A stretch of 47,698 nt of DNA, counting the filler, from Streblomastix strix (lineage: Eukaryota), in assembly GCA_008636045.1 (NCBI GenBank). It is 2 parts of 2 records of this genome, joined end to end, with 100 filler letters (N's around TTAATTAATTAA, not from the genome) between each part and the next. Parts side by side here need not be neighbours in the genome. Positions count along the whole stretch, not along the records: positions 1 to 23,805 come from SNRW01000259.1; 1 more part is not named here. The stretch is one strand, 5' to 3'. The notes beneath the pieces were generated by a model, which worked only from the letters and a program-made list of their open reading frames with translations, had not been told where the DNA came from and did not search any database. This document shows, piece by piece, positions 1 through 15,600 of this stretch (position 1 is the stretch's first letter; each line of letters begins with the position of its first letter). A program made the translations under genes and the position numbers.

Positions 1-2
1 CT

Positions 3-824
3 TAATAATCATCCTCATACAATGAATCCAACCAATCAGTCTTAGCATTCAACTCTGATATCGCATCATTTGACTCTGAAGCTGATTGTGAAGATTGGCC
101 TCCATAACTATCATTGCCATAAACACCGCTTCGAATGAAAATGAGTGAATAAGAAGCGATTAAAGAGTTCGGTATCTTATAAGAGATGCCATATTCAGTA
201 AACAAGAAGAGAAAAGCAGAGAAGAAGAAGGAAAAAGAATAAGAAAGGAAGAAATTGGAGAAAGAAGATATAGAAATTGAGAAGAAGTGGATTGAGAAGC
301 AGAAAAAGAAAGAAAAAGAAAGATTAGCAGAAGTCGGGGGAGTTGTGAAACCTGTTGTTGTGAGCACATAATAAGATTAGAGTGTTTTTGGACAGACGCA
401 GTTTGTTACAAGTTTTGCATCTAGTTTCTCTGATGCGAAATCTTCTCAGATGAGCAAAAGGCAACTCGATTCAAAAGATGGATCAAATGATAAAGACAAA
501 GATAAACATCATTAACGTGTATCGAAGGAGCAATCATCATCAAATTTAAAGCCAAAACATGACGATGATAAGAAAGATGAGAAATAAGAGAAGAAAGAAA
601 GACTGAAGGAAGTAGAGATGGTTAATGCGGGCGCAAATACATCTAAGGAGAAAGATAAAGAAAAAGATGAGAAGAAATAAAAAGAGAAGGATAAGGAAAA
701 AGATAAAGATAAACACAAAGATAAAGAAGAGAAAGATAAGAAAAATAATAAAGATAATGAAGATGAAAAAGAAAAGAATAAAAAAGAAGAAAAAGAGAAG
801 AAGGACAAAAAAGAAAAGAAGTGA
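3..824 (+). CDS. 3' part of a hypothetical protein with a Lys/Asp/Glu-rich low-complexity C-terminus (5'-partial)
   Basis: Frame starting at 3 stays open to TGA at 822-824 when TAA/TAG are read as Gln (QQSSSYNESNQSVLAF...KEKDKDKHKDKEEKDKK...KEKK*). The minus-strand ORFs in the track are its antisense shadow. Confidence 0.75.
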
Positions 825-1305
825 AAGGATTGTTGGGAAAATCTAAATACGAAAAGCTTGATCTTACTCAAACACGAGTTTATTTACACATCATTATTAT
901 TATATCTTTTATATTTACTAAAACTATTCATGAAATATATCAATATTTTCTAAATTAGTTGAGCTTCGATGAGCTCCGAATCTTTTAAAGTTCCGTTTTG
1001 ATTTACGAGCCATCGAATGTTTAAATATTAGTATTAAATATTTTATTTTAATATAAATGTTTAAACTAAAAGCGAATTTATTAGTTATTTTCAATATTTT
1101 ATACAATACATTCCAGAGAATTATTTTTTTCACAAAACTTGCCATAACACAATTACTGCTAAACATAATTGATTTATTAACTAATATTTTTAATAGTATG
1201 ACAGTTATAGTTTTAATAATATTAATTAATGAACATATTTTTACATTTTTTTATATGATAATTAATGATAGATTAAATTGAATTGTTTTATCGTAAGAAA
1301 TCCTA

Positions 1306-4300
1306 ATGTAAGATTAAGATCCCCAACTAGAATATGGTACGAATCTTTAATCATTGATAAGTATAATCGACTTATTTATTTTTTAATTCATTTAAGCATA
1401 AAATCCACTGAACAAGATGAAAGATATGCTTTATTCATATAAAAAATACAATTTGAGTCAAAAAGTACTGATATTGAATTTGTAAGAAGTATTAGTTACT
1501 GTTAAATAGACTATGATTGAGATTACTGAATTTTACGAGAATTAAAGAATAAAATAAGAGGAAGAAAACTAGAATTAAAATCAATCAGATTCTGATAATT
1601 AATAAGAAAACAATTAAGACGATGGAGAAGAACAAATAATTTAAGAGAAAATTGAAGCTTTAACTGAAATCTCAACATAACTTACTGTTATAGTCACCGA
1701 ACACATAAAAACAATCAAACATGTAGAGATATGCTTAAATACAGGATTCTTCAGTGAAATTATTGAAACACTCAAGAGTTCCACAACTTTTGGCCCAAGT
1801 TCAGAGCAAATTTCTCAGTTATTGCAGACAATTGCTGATAGAAGTTCGTCCCAGTAAACAGCGCAAATGTTTGAAATGGGGATAATCGAGCAACTAACTC
1901 CCTTACTGAAGTTCTAAGTGATGATCACTAAATTTAATGTGATTATGACATTTATGCGGATTGTTAGAAATGCGTGGTATATTACATAAACAAACCAATA
2001 GTAATAGTAGTAATAATATCAGTTATTGAGATCTCCAGCTTTTAGATCTCCTTCGCCTTCATTTCAAAATTTACTGTCCACGTCACCTTTATATCCGCAA
2101 ATCACTTCACCCTTTTAATCACAAATCTCTTCACCCTCTACTTCATAATCTCAGCTAAAATTATCTTCTACGACTAAATCATAGCAATAATTACTATTAT
2201 CATAATCGTATACAAAACCTATTATCCACCCAACACAGCTGTACTCGCCAGCACAGCTTAAACAGTACTACCAGAATTTCCCAGCAATTCCCAACCCATA
2301 CTTTTAAACGCTTCAGCAGAAAGAGATTATCCGATAGTTGATAGTTGATGTACTCTGCGACAAAGAAGGCGACATTGAACCACGAGTCGCTGTATGTGAG
2401 TTCCTTGATTCAGTGTATATAAATGGAGCACTGATCGCACCACGGCAGACAACGCAGATAATCACTGACATGTGCACAAGATTGAGAGAAATTGACAAGT
2501 TACTGAGGAAGAAGCACAATTAGTTGATGGACGAGCTGTATTTGTATAGGTAGGAAGAGCAGAGAGTTTTGGAGCTGATGAAGAAAGAGGAAATGGAGAA
2601 GTAATAATAGAAATTAGGGGAGAAGATGGGAAATGGATAACAATAAGATTAGCTATAAGATAATACTGATTAATAAGATAATACTGATTAATAAGATAAT
2701 ACTGACTAATAAGATAATACTGAATAATAATAAGAAAATTAAGAGAATGAATAGTAAGAAAATTAATAATAGGATGAAACTGAAGAATAGAATTAGGAAG
2801 AGTAGTAGTTTGAAGAAAATTTAGATTTTGAAAAAGGATGCATATTGGAAGCATTGCAGTTCTTGGCTGTGAATAAAGGTATATTAATTTAAAATATTAT
2901 TTCATATTTTCATATATCCCAATTTTATTTTATTAATATGTATTAAAAGATAATCGAAAAGTAATAATAAATGTAAATTTTGTTGAAATTGCCTTACAAT
3001 CATTAAAGTGTGCAACATTACTAATAATTTAAATTTTTGTTATTTAAATTTAATATTTTAAGACATTTATATTTAAATTCATTCAATCCTTATATACATC
3101 ATTATTTTCATACCTTGCAGAAAACTTCCAGGCTGCCGAAAATACGACTCCAAAATCGTAACACATTCACTTCAAGTTCTGCAATTAATCTTCCCATAGT
3201 TACCAGATGAATAAAAACAACTTGTCAGAAAATAGCTCACATCCAAAATGTTCAACAAACTCAAAGATGATGTTTTCTGCAAGGAACAAGCAAAATAACT
3301 CGAAGCGACAATATATGACGGTGAAACTATGGAATTCTTGATAAAGATCTAAAGACTGGTTGAATTCAGCCATTAGGAGTAAAAAATTGAGTTCATCAAA
3401 CATTTTTTCTTGAACTTATTAATGAACGAAGTCAAAGATGCGATTTAAAAGGACGAACCTGAAAGAGAAGGAAAGATGTCAGTCATTGGAGGAATCCTGA
3501 GCATGCTTATGAAAGACAACAAGAAAATGAGCCAGGTCAAAAACCAGACGCAGGATTTTTTCAACAAATATTTCATAGTTCTCAATTCACTCCAATTGGA
3601 CAAGATCAAGTCAGGGTACGTTGCGATCTTCAACAATCTGTGCAACTGGCTGTACAAAGACAGGATGGAGGACCTGTATGATATTGGAGCTGTGCAGACC
3701 ATGACGAAAGTGCTCGACAACGATGATTAAGATATTGTATGGAGAGCGATTCATATAATTCAGAGCATATTTCAAGCTGGATTGAAGATTGGAGTACTAG
3801 AAGGATAAGTACATCCGTACTAGTAATAACTGATAAGTGATGGAACTGTGGATAAACTGATTGAGATGTTCATTATGAGTCAATATAAGAACGAAGATGC
3901 AGCAAGATCTTTGGGCACGATATATAAAGCAACTCCTTTGCCAGATGAGTTGAAAGAGAAAGTTATTAGTCGGTTAAAATAAGGGGAAGATTATGAAGAG
4001 ATTGCATTGTTAGCTGAACATTCATGTATGATTAATAATTACTGTAAATTATTTTAATATTATACAAATATTTTATTATTTTATTTTTATTTATTTAATT
4101 ATTTATCATAGCCAACATAGAAAACATAATGTTGGATGATTTTGAACAGAATCTCTTCAACAGCGGAAATTAGATCATCAATTCACTTCACATAACGCAT
4201 TCAATAATTCTTCACAGTAATAATTAAATTCGTAGAAAAATAACTTCAGCAATATAACCCATAATCTTATAATTGAAAAAAGATAAACAACTCAATGGAT

Positions 4301-4572
4301 TAATCAAAACTTAATAAATAAAACCTAAATAAAAATAAAAAATTAAATTAAAAATACAATAAGTTTTATAATTAATTAAAGTACTTAGAATTGATGATAA
4401 TTAAAAAACAATTGATTAAGATGATGAAGAGGAAGATGATGAAGATGATGGTGACGATTATGAAGAAGATATTATTGTAGATAATGCTTTAATTGATGAT
4501 GAAGACATCAGTGAAAATAATATTTAAGAAGATTCGGAATTTGCAAATGATAAGAGATGTAATATTTAATGA
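1306..4572 (+). CDS. ARM/HEAT-like hypothetical protein with Q-rich inserts, acidic tail and C-terminal CaaX box (CNIQ)
   Basis: Exons ~1306-2878, 2950-3007, 3121-4025, 4112-4572 with GT-AG introns. The 1.57 kb first exon has no TGA. Helical-repeat-like segments (GAVQTMTKVLD, HPYQQQLISDGTVDKLIEMF, AARSLGTIYKATPLP). Ends DKRCNIQ-TGA. The ARM-like call is inferred from pattern only. Confidence 0.7.
2655..2727 (+). repeat. 18-nt coding minisatellite (TAATAAGATAATACTGAT, ~4 copies) encoding QQDNTD
   Basis: Direct tandem repeat visible in the sequence and in frame with the 1306-4572 CDS. Confidence 0.85.
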
Positions 4573-4945
4573 TAATTAATAAATTTTATAAAAATCAATT
4601 TTTTGTGTTTTGATTTATTAACATGATATTATTTTTACTTTTACTAATTTGCATTAAATAATTAGTTAAATATGAAAAGTTTAATTTATTTTTTTTATAT
4701 AATTTTATTAATGCTTTTTTTAAAAACCGAGTTTTAATATTCAATAAAAAATTTTTACTTCTCTTTAAAAATAGAAATTATTATTAAAATGTTTCAAATA
4801 TTATTAAGTTATTAATAATAGATATAATAACATTCTTCATTCTTTATTAATTTATTTAGATTAATGGTATTAAATTTTTTATTGATTTACTATATTGATC
4901 AGTTTGAATTGGTTATACAGTGAATTCCAATCTTCTTTTCAAGAT

Positions 4946-7008
4946 TCATGCCCAGATTACTTTTGTCGCTCCTGCAATATTTGTTGATGTGGAAGCTTCA
5001 AGGCGTTTCAATGAGAGAACTGTGGTCGAAGTATTATTTTAACTCAAAGTAAACTAAAATTAAAAAGAATATTATAAATTTCAGATTCAAAATAATTATG
5101 TACAAACAAAGAATTGGACTGATTCTGGGATGTTGCTTATATAGACAGGTTGTTGTTTTCCATTGATGAAGAAAGTTGCTGTTCTTGGAGCTGTCATAAT
5201 GACTTCTATTGCAACAATGTCACCATCTTTTAATTCTTGATTTCCTCCTATATTTGACCTATTTTAATAAGTATAACCACTAAAAATATAATGAAGTAAT
5301 TAAATAAATTTATAATAATTAAATATATGTTAATTTAAAATAATTTTTAATATACTTTTAAGAATAACATGCATTATCTTTTCCATCTAAAAAATAAATT
5401 AAAAAAAAAATTAATTAAATGAAAATTAACAATAATTTATCAAACATGGTCCCCATCCACATCCTTTGCCAAATGGAATTATCAGTCCAGATTTCATAAT
5501 GCCAAAAGAGCTTCCAGCTTTATTAACCTTGAATTCACATCTATATAAACCATTGGTTATTATTTAATCAATTGGAAATGTTTTACATTCACCATTTTTT
5601 GAAGTATAAGTGAATTCTCCTTCTTTCTTTGTGTATTATTTTGAATATTCAATTGGAATTGTGATTGAAATTGGAATATCTCCAGGTAATTGCTAAATGG
5701 AAAATTGAGATTTGATTTCTGGTTTTTATTAAGAAGTAGAAGCAAGTTAACGCTCAAGTTCTGCAATTCTTTCATCTTTACTTCTGTTTTCTTGAATCAA
5801 TCTTTCTTTCTCAGATCTTTCCTTAAATAATTCTTTACTAATCTTTTCTTTCTCATCTTTTTTCTGCATTAATTCATCATCCTTCTATCTAATTTATTCA
5901 TCATTCTATCTAATTAATTCATCTTTCCTTTGATTTGATTCTTCGAGTTCTTTTATCCTTATATCTTTACCATCATCTTTTTTCTGAGATGTTTGAACAG
6001 ATATTTCAGCTCCAGAGAATATATTCAATAATGTTCTGGCTTTACTTTTCACTTCTCCTTTTCCATTCTTCTTTAATTCTTCCAAAACAGGAATTAATAC
6101 ACTTAATTCATTCAATTGTTCTTCATCTTCTACTAATTTTAGAATTACTGCAAGCAATCCAGCTTTCACAAAATCTTAAGTTAATTCTTCTTCTTAGTCT
6201 GATGAAGATGATTTCATTTGTTCTGGAGATTATATGCTGAGTGATTCAAGAATGAGATATATAAATCTCTTCATGAAAAGAACTTATCTGATTTATTCAT
6301 CAGCACCAATCAACTTGCAAAGAGCGTCACTAGCATCACGAGAGAGTTTTTCATCGGAAGACTAAATAAATTAATAAATTAAATTTCAAAGTTTGATTTT
6401 AAGAAAAATATTCAAACAAGAATTATCTGAAGAAGAACATTTGCACTTGAAGATGCTCGATTTTTCTTACTTCGACGGCTCCAACGAACTCCAATTATTC
6501 CTAAAATTCCTGAACTGAGCTCCTTTAAGAAAATAATTAAAATATAAAAAAAATAAAAAAATTATTAATTAAAAATTAACTTTAATAAAAAATATTAAAA
6601 AAACTTAAAGTTCGGTTTATGCTCCAGAAACAAGGAAATTCTTCAGGATTCCAATAATATCTTATTACTGTACAGCTTCTAAGCAAGATGGGACTACAAG
6701 AAAAATAATTTTAATTCAATTCATGTAGGAAAATTAAGAATAAAAATTAAATTTTATAAAAAAAAAATAAGAAGCATTGTGTGTTGTATACTCTTTGCAA
6801 CAGTTATCAATAATTGTTAAAGGGCTGGAACATGCAAATTTGTATCAGAAGAACGAAGATCAAATGCAATCTGTGGAATATTTCCCTATTTTCCAAAAAA
6901 AAATAAAAATCTCGTATTTGAATGAATAAATATATAAACAATTCTTTCAAAGTCTGTTTGGTTGGTAAATGCAATTTGTATCCCAGCGCGCAATGACGAA
7001 TCTTCCAT
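4946..7008 (-). CDS. ARM-like/coiled-coil protein with C-terminal SPRY/B30.2-like beta domain
   Basis: Multi-exon. Starts MEDSSLRAGIQIAFTNQTDFERI|GNIPQIAFDLRSSD, has a coiled-coil middle (IRIKELEESNQRKDELIR), and ends GLYRCEFKVNK...ELKDGDIVAIEV...RTATFFINGKQQPV...LKRLEASTS...VIWA-TGA (stop 4946-4948). The GDxxxxxx...TxxFxxNG pattern resembles SPRY. Confidence 0.7.
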
Positions 7009-7158
7009 AATTTGATTGATTTAATTTATAGAACTCAAATCACATTTAATAAATAAAAAATTAAATAAATCCAATTGTAATTGTAATACATAGAACTAAA
7101 ATAAAATCAAATAATATGTTTGAACACAAGAATTAAAATAAGAACGAAATCAAAAATT

Positions 7159-8801
<1,643 letters not shown>

Positions 8802-9492
8802 TTTATTCGTTCTGATTAAATAAAATAAAAATAAATGACATTAAATAATAAAAATATGTGAAATCATAGACATTATAAATGAAGATAGAAAGACTTATAA
8901 AATCGAGAAGAACAATGTCCTTAATCTATTAAAACAAAAAAGAAAAACGAACTTTTGTTTATATAAAATTTATCTTAAAAATTATATTTAAAACAACTTA
9001 AAACTAAAAAAATGTAAATAATCTATACTTATCAAGGAGAAAATGTAATATATTTTAAGAAGTTTTTGAATTGCTTTTTAATTGGATAGATTTATAAGAA
9101 ATAAATCAAAATTTCATTTAAACATGTATAGATCTATTTTTGGTAAAAATAAAGTGTTTAGAATGACCGATGTTTTTTGTTTGAAGCAAAAGAATGAATT
9201 TAAAAAATATTAATAATTTTACTCATGTAATTAAAATAATAGCTTCAATTTTTATTAAAAAGTTATAAAATTTAGTAACATATGAAATATTAAGTATATT
9301 TGTAGATTCAATTAATGTGAAGCGAATGAGAGTCAAAATTGAGTAATACTAAAAAATGTAATTTAGCTTTAAGGACAATCTGTATAAAATAAAATGGATA
9401 AATAATATTTTAACTTTTATTTATTTACTATATTGAACAGTTTGAATAACAATTTTTTATTTAATTATAAATTTAATTCTTCTTTTCAAGAT

Positions 9493-10533
9493 TCATGCCC
9501 ATTTCACTTCTTTAGCTCCTGTGATGTTTGCTGATGTGGAAGCTTCAAGGCGTTTCAATGAGAGAACTGTGGTAGAATAATTATTATCACTCAAAGTAAA
9601 CTAAAATTAAAAAGAATATTATAAATTTAAGATTTAAAATAATTAAGAACAAACAAAGAATTGAACAGATTCTGGGATGTTGTTCACAAAGACAGGTTGT
9701 TGTTTTCCATTGGTGAAGAGAGTTGCTGTTCTTGGAGGTGCCATATTCACTTCAATTGCAACAATGTCACCATCTTTTAATTCTTGATTTCCTCCTATAT
9801 TTGACCTATTTTAATATAAATATCCTCTGAAAAATTATGAAATAATTAAATATAAAAACATAAAAACATAAAAACATAAATTTTAATATACTCTTAATTT
9901 TAATATGCAGTATCTTTTGCTTCTAATAAATAAAGTAAAAAAAATAAAAATTAATTAAATGAATATTAATAAAAATTTATCAAACATGGTTCCCATCCAC
10001 ATCCTTTGCCAAATGGAATTATCAGTCCAGATTTCATAACACCAAAAGAGCTTCCAGCTTTATTAACCTTGAATTCACATCTATATAAACCATTGGTTAT
10101 TATTTAATCAATTGGAAATGTTTTACATCCAAAATTTTTTGAAGTATAAGTGAATTCATTTTCTTTCTTTGTGTATTATTCTGAATAATAAGTTGGAATT
10201 GTTATTGAAATTGGAATATCTGATAATAGAAGTTTAATTTATTAAAAATAATAATTAATAAAAAGAATAGGAAAAATTATAATTAAATAATTTTATTAAA
10301 TAATAATTATTTTAGCAAATTGAATTTTGAATTGATTTTATTTTTATACTTATTTTATTATCGATGGACTTATGAAATCTAACATGATCTTTAAGTTTAA
10401 ATGTTTTCTTGCATAAACTAACAACTTATTACACATCTTCCAAATCAATTAAATAAAATGCAATTTCAAGCAAGATGAACTCTCCTAATCCAAGAATTCC
10501 TCCTTCCACATTATATTCTATCAAATCAGACAT
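9493..10533 (-). CDS. F-box-like + SPRY-like protein (C-terminal module paralogous to the 4946-7008 gene)
   Basis: Exon 1 MSDLIEYNVEGGILGLGEFILLEIAFYLIDLEDVQQVVSLCKKTFKL resembles the F-box consensus (LxxLPxEILxxIFxYLxxxDLxxxxxVCKxW). After an intron comes the same SPRY-like module with the same intron positions. TGA at 9495-9493. Confidence 0.7.
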
Positions 10534-12638
10534 ATGTTGGGTTTCTGAAAGTAACAATGTATAAATAATAAAGATACTCGGAAAAATTAACAGAATGCCG
10601 AAAAAAAAAAAAAAAAGATAGGCGTTATGAATTAGATATGATTATATTCAATAATATATATTAGTAAAGACAAAAATAATAATGCTATATGAGATTCAAA
10701 AAGACAAGTTAATAGATTTTTACAGACATAAGGCAATTTCGAAAAAGAAAAAAGTTCGCAAGTGAAATGGGCACGATTGAGATGGAATTCAATATTTTAT
10801 ATATGATTAATATCTTCGCATAATTTGAGAAAGTAAATATTATCATCTAAAGCAAATAATAATTACTAGAGCGCGCGCAAATTGCGATCGAATATTTTGG
10901 CTTTAAAAACTTTGAAGACATTACGTAAAAAATTACAATAATTCAATGATATATATTGGTTATATTAATATTGTGTTTTTCACTATATGATTCGTTCAAA
11001 TACTTTTGGAAAAGAAATGAAAATTACAAATTCTATAATAAACTTTTGTTATTAATTGTTTTTAGAAGTATTTTTTATTAAAAACTATTATAAAATGAAT
11101 AGAAAGTAGTAAAAATAAATGTTATACTATTAAAGAAGTAAATTAATATTAGACTCATCTAATTTAATTGAAATTAGTGGTATGTTTTAATTAGTAATAT
11201 AATAAAAAATTAGAATTATACTTAGATATAAAAATTAAAATAAATAATCTCATTGTTAAGAAAATTTCAAATAAAAGCAAGAAATCAACATAAATATCAA
11301 AATTTGTTAATATCAAATAAAAATGATTAAAATTAAATGAAATTTACTATTTAGTATAAAATTTAAGTTAAAAAAATAATAAAAAGATTACATTAAGATT
11401 TGATTGTACATTAAAAAGAGATTAAAATCTCTTTATATGTAAAAATGCAGCAAATATGCTGATAATAATGAATTCTACAAATCAGTAAAATAAAATTGTT
11501 AATAAATTAATTTTAATACATTTAAAACATTAAGAAAATTTCTAATAGATAATATTATTACCAATATCCTACAATTATCATTTAAAATTAATTCAATCAA
11601 TAATAAGTAGGATTAATAGCGATATTTGCATCATTCTCTATTTACATTCTTTTTGATTCAGATGCAACTGGACACATCAATTAAATAGATTATTTGTACA
11701 TTTGGAAAACATGTTCTGGAATGTTTGTGTTGAAACTATGATAATTATTAATTAATAAATATAAATTTTAAATATATAAGTTATTATAAATTAATTCATT
11801 TGCATACTTCAATAGCTTCAAAACAACAATTTCTGATTCATTGAGTAACGAAAGATTTACTCCAAATAAATTTGCCCATTTAAAATTAGATAAAGGAACG
11901 TCGCCTGTACAATAAATACATATATAATATTTAAATATAATATTAAATCTTGATTAAGCTAAGTTAATGCCATCATACTGTTGGACTTATGAGCAATCAT
12001 TAAACAAACAAGTAGTACAAGATAAACATTCAATTTCGTTAGCACAAAAGGTAAATGTTCAATATTTCTCCTTGAAATAATATCAACAAATGCAAGTGCT
12101 TGCAGAAGTTCAGTAGTACACAAGCCTGTTTAGTAGCAGCAATAATAAAATTAATGAAAAAAATAAAATAATTAATTAGTTAATTGCGAACCTGTATATG
12201 TACGTATTCGACTGAAGAATAACTCGATTAAATCAAATGTGTTCTGGAAAGTATCATCAATTCCTCTTGTAGCAACTCGGGATACACAAAAAGCAGCAAG
12301 CTTTATAATTTCGTCTTGGACAAATTCTTCGTCAAATTCAGGCATAGAAGAATATGCTACATAAACAGTTGATTCGTCTGAATAACTAGTCATGCTTAAG
12401 CTAAACGACTGAGCTCGATATTTTTACTCCAAAATATTTTTAAAAAAATCTAGCAAATTAATTTATAATTTCAAAGTTAAAATAATAATTATTATTATAA
12501 TAAAATAAATAAATGTTTTATATCTGATTTTTAAGAGAGGTAAAATATCTGTATACTGAAAGTTGAAAATCGTTTTCACTCAACAACCTGTTGCCTATAT
12601 CAAAAACTCTACGAATATTGAATTTTAAATATATCACT
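10528..12638 (-). repeat. Inverted segmental duplication, copy 1 (partner 21221-23325)
   Basis: 12541-12620 (gtatactgaaagttgaaaatcgttttcactcaacaacctgttg) is the reverse complement of 21240-21320. Colinear similarity continues through the cyclin gene and the intergenic DNA to cagaaacccaacatATGtct at both outer ends. Confidence 0.92.
11597..12393 (-). CDS. PHO80/cyclin-P/U-like cyclin, copy 1
   Basis: Four exons: MTSYSDES...FFSRIRTYTG|LCTTELLQALAFVD...LTKLNVYLVLLVCLMIAHKSN|DVPLSNFKWANLFGVNLSLLNESEIVVLKLLN|FNTNIP. Matches the Pho80 cyclin-box pattern (NxxxLxLxxLMIAxK..D...SNxxWA...G..L..LNxxE..FLxLLxF). Confidence 0.8.
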
Positions 12639-12639
12639 A

Positions 12640-15600
12640 ATGACGCAGAACGCTTCTTTGTATCATCATAAAGCGACCATTCAGCCACTGTATGAATTTT
12701 ATATTTTTATTTAAATTTTAATCACTTACACAAATTATTAATTTTTAATTTTAATAATCATAGACATGTGTTTGGTATCTCAAAGACTTTATCAGACAAC
12801 CTCTTCCATGTTGACAATGATCGCATAGTATATCCAGTCGGAAAACATTTTGCTTCATACAAGGTGGGGAACCGAACGATGACATTTATTATGGAAACAG
12901 AAAAAAATAAAACAAGCATATAAACCGGACTCAATATCAGTCCAGACAAAAAGTATCTTGGGTCATGCGAAATTACAGAAGATGAAAATACTAGCACCAG
13001 CGCCTCAACAGCGAATTTGGGCGTTAATACAGTTCCTCAAGTCTCAGTGTATAGCTTCATGTCCCTCAAGAAAGTACGAACATTACAGCGCCCAGTCGAC
13101 GTTACGGACAGCACTTTCCAATGCATCGCATTTTCAAACGATTCGAAACACTGCGCCGTCTGCTGCGGCCAGCCGGACTACACACTCATATTATGGCACT
13201 GGAATCAGCCCCTCCGCGTGCTCGGCATCGCCAAACAGACCACGCCAACCACACACATATCATTTCACCCCATAGACAACACGTAACTTGCACTATCAGG
13301 CCCAAAAACACTCAAAGTCTACAGATGGAGCGACAACACTCTTAAGCAGTTCAACCTCATATCTGGCAGAAGGGACCCTCCTAATTTCACTGCGCATATA
13401 TGGGTTGAGGACTCTGAGAGGATTATAGCAGCTACTGATCGTGGTGATCTGTGCATATATGACAGAGGCGAGCTACATCTGACGCTTACGAGTGTATTGG
13501 GGTAAGGAATATCGATAACTACATTAGTAGGATTAAAGAAGAATGGTGGATTCATTGTGGGTGGGGAGAATGGTAAATTCAGTATATTTGAGAATTCTGC
13601 TGATCAAGCTGAAGTGTATCGTATAAGACATGCATTATAGATACCAAGGGATTAGAAGATAACTGCATTGTCAGTTTCACCTAATAATTAGTAATTGGCA
13701 GCTGTTATTGGACATGCGCATATATGTATAGTTAATTTGGGTATATTGGAAACTGTAGCTGAAAAAGATATGGAGAACACGATATATAACTTTGTATCTG
13801 GTGGATTCCATTTTGGAGCTATTACAGGTATATTATGAATTTAGATTAGAATGGAATTTGAAATAATATAAAATTAATATTTAAATAGTAGTTTTATTTA
13901 TATCTGCATATTTATTTATATCTTATTCTTCATATTATATATATATATATTTACAGGTCTAAGTATCGCACAGCGGAAACCAATAGCTGCTACATGTGGA
14001 GTTGATTAATGGGTCAGAATATGGAACTTTCTGGATATGTCATGTGAATTAGCTGTTCATTTTGATAGTGAAACAAGGTGTGTTTGTTTGTATTTGTGTG
14101 TGTATTAATTTATTAAATGAATATTTCTTTAATTTCTTTATATATTTCCTTCTATTTATTCGTTCATATTTATATATTCACATATTACATTTATTACATT
14201 CTATATATTACTATCATATATTCATATATTCATTCTTATTCATTCTTATTCATATATATCTATTCATATATCAGATCCATCTCTCTCCATCCATCTGGTT
14301 TCCATGCTATTCTCTCTTGTGGAGACAGAGTAAAACTACTCAATATTATGCCCCATACTCTGGATGTACTTAGAGAGTTCCCATTCCCATAGTAGAGTGG
14401 GTGTTAGGTTTGTTATTGTTGTTGTTATTGATATTATTATTGATGTTATTATATTATGTGTTATATTATGTATTACTGTTATTATTATTATTGATGTTAT
14501 TATATTATGTGTTATATTATGGGAATTTTTATTTTTTTAATAGAAATAAATGAATTAATGAAATAAATGAATTATTTGTCTTAATATTTTATTCAATATT
14601 ATTCAATTCATTCATTATTCAATTCATTTATTATTCAATTCATTTAATTAATTCAGGAAGTTCTCTTCTCACGTGGTGGGCATCTATTTGCCTGTGCACA
14701 TGCAAAGACCATCTCAATATTCAACACATACACTGGAGAATGCATTGGAATGATGAGGGGACATATTGGTATGTAGGATTATATATAGGATTAAATATAT
14801 AGAATTTAATAAATGTATATGAAATTAAATCAATTTATATTTAAAAATATAAATATTTATATATTTAGTATTTAATTTATTACTTATTAATTAATTAATT
14901 TAATTTAATTTAATTATTTATCCTTATATATATAATATAAATAACACAGGTCCAGTCAGATCCATAGCCTTTGGTCCCAATGATAAATGCTTCTATTCAG
15001 CTGGTGCAGATGGAGCTCTATATTAATGGAATATGGAGATGAAGGGTTAGGAACCTTTTAGAAGAGAGCATGAGCATGTTATGAGTGGGTATGTGAATGT
15101 GAGGATAATATTATATATTGTATTATATATGTTGTATATTATATGTTAGCGTAAAATTTTATTAAATTTATATTTTATTATTTAACAATATTGTTTATTA
15201 TTTTAATCTTATTCAAAATATTTATTATTATTATTACATTTTATCAATTATTCATACTTCAAGTTGTTCATATTCTGCACTTGTAGCAGGATAATAGAAG
15301 GAAATAGCAGCCTGTGGATCAGATCTACAACTTAGAGAAGTTATTGAGGGTTAATTGACTGTAGAATTTCCTGCTGGTACAATTGTTAAGAGAATGACGC
15401 ATCTAACTATTATACCTGGGAATCTAGGGCTTGTAGGTATATATATTGTAAGAATATATAATATATATGATTATTAAATTTAAAATAATTATATAGAAAC
15501 ATTATTTACATTATCTTTACTTACAACAAATTAATTTTATCTTTTTTTATTTATTTAATTTTCTATTCATACAAATTCAATCTCGAACTCAAATTCAATT

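Noticed and set aside
2..871. Minus-strand Phe/Ser/Leu-rich ORFs in the supplied track (also 2462-2854, 19038-19404, 29341-30136, 31105-32286)
   Set aside because: They are antisense shadows of purine-rich plus-strand coding sequence. The real frames appear once TAA/TAG are read as Gln.
10866..10892. GC-rich island gagcgcgcgcaaattgcgatcg (copy at 22964-22990) as an E2F-like site
   Set aside because: It does not match TTTSSCGC exactly, one copy is mutated, and its conservation is explained by the duplication.
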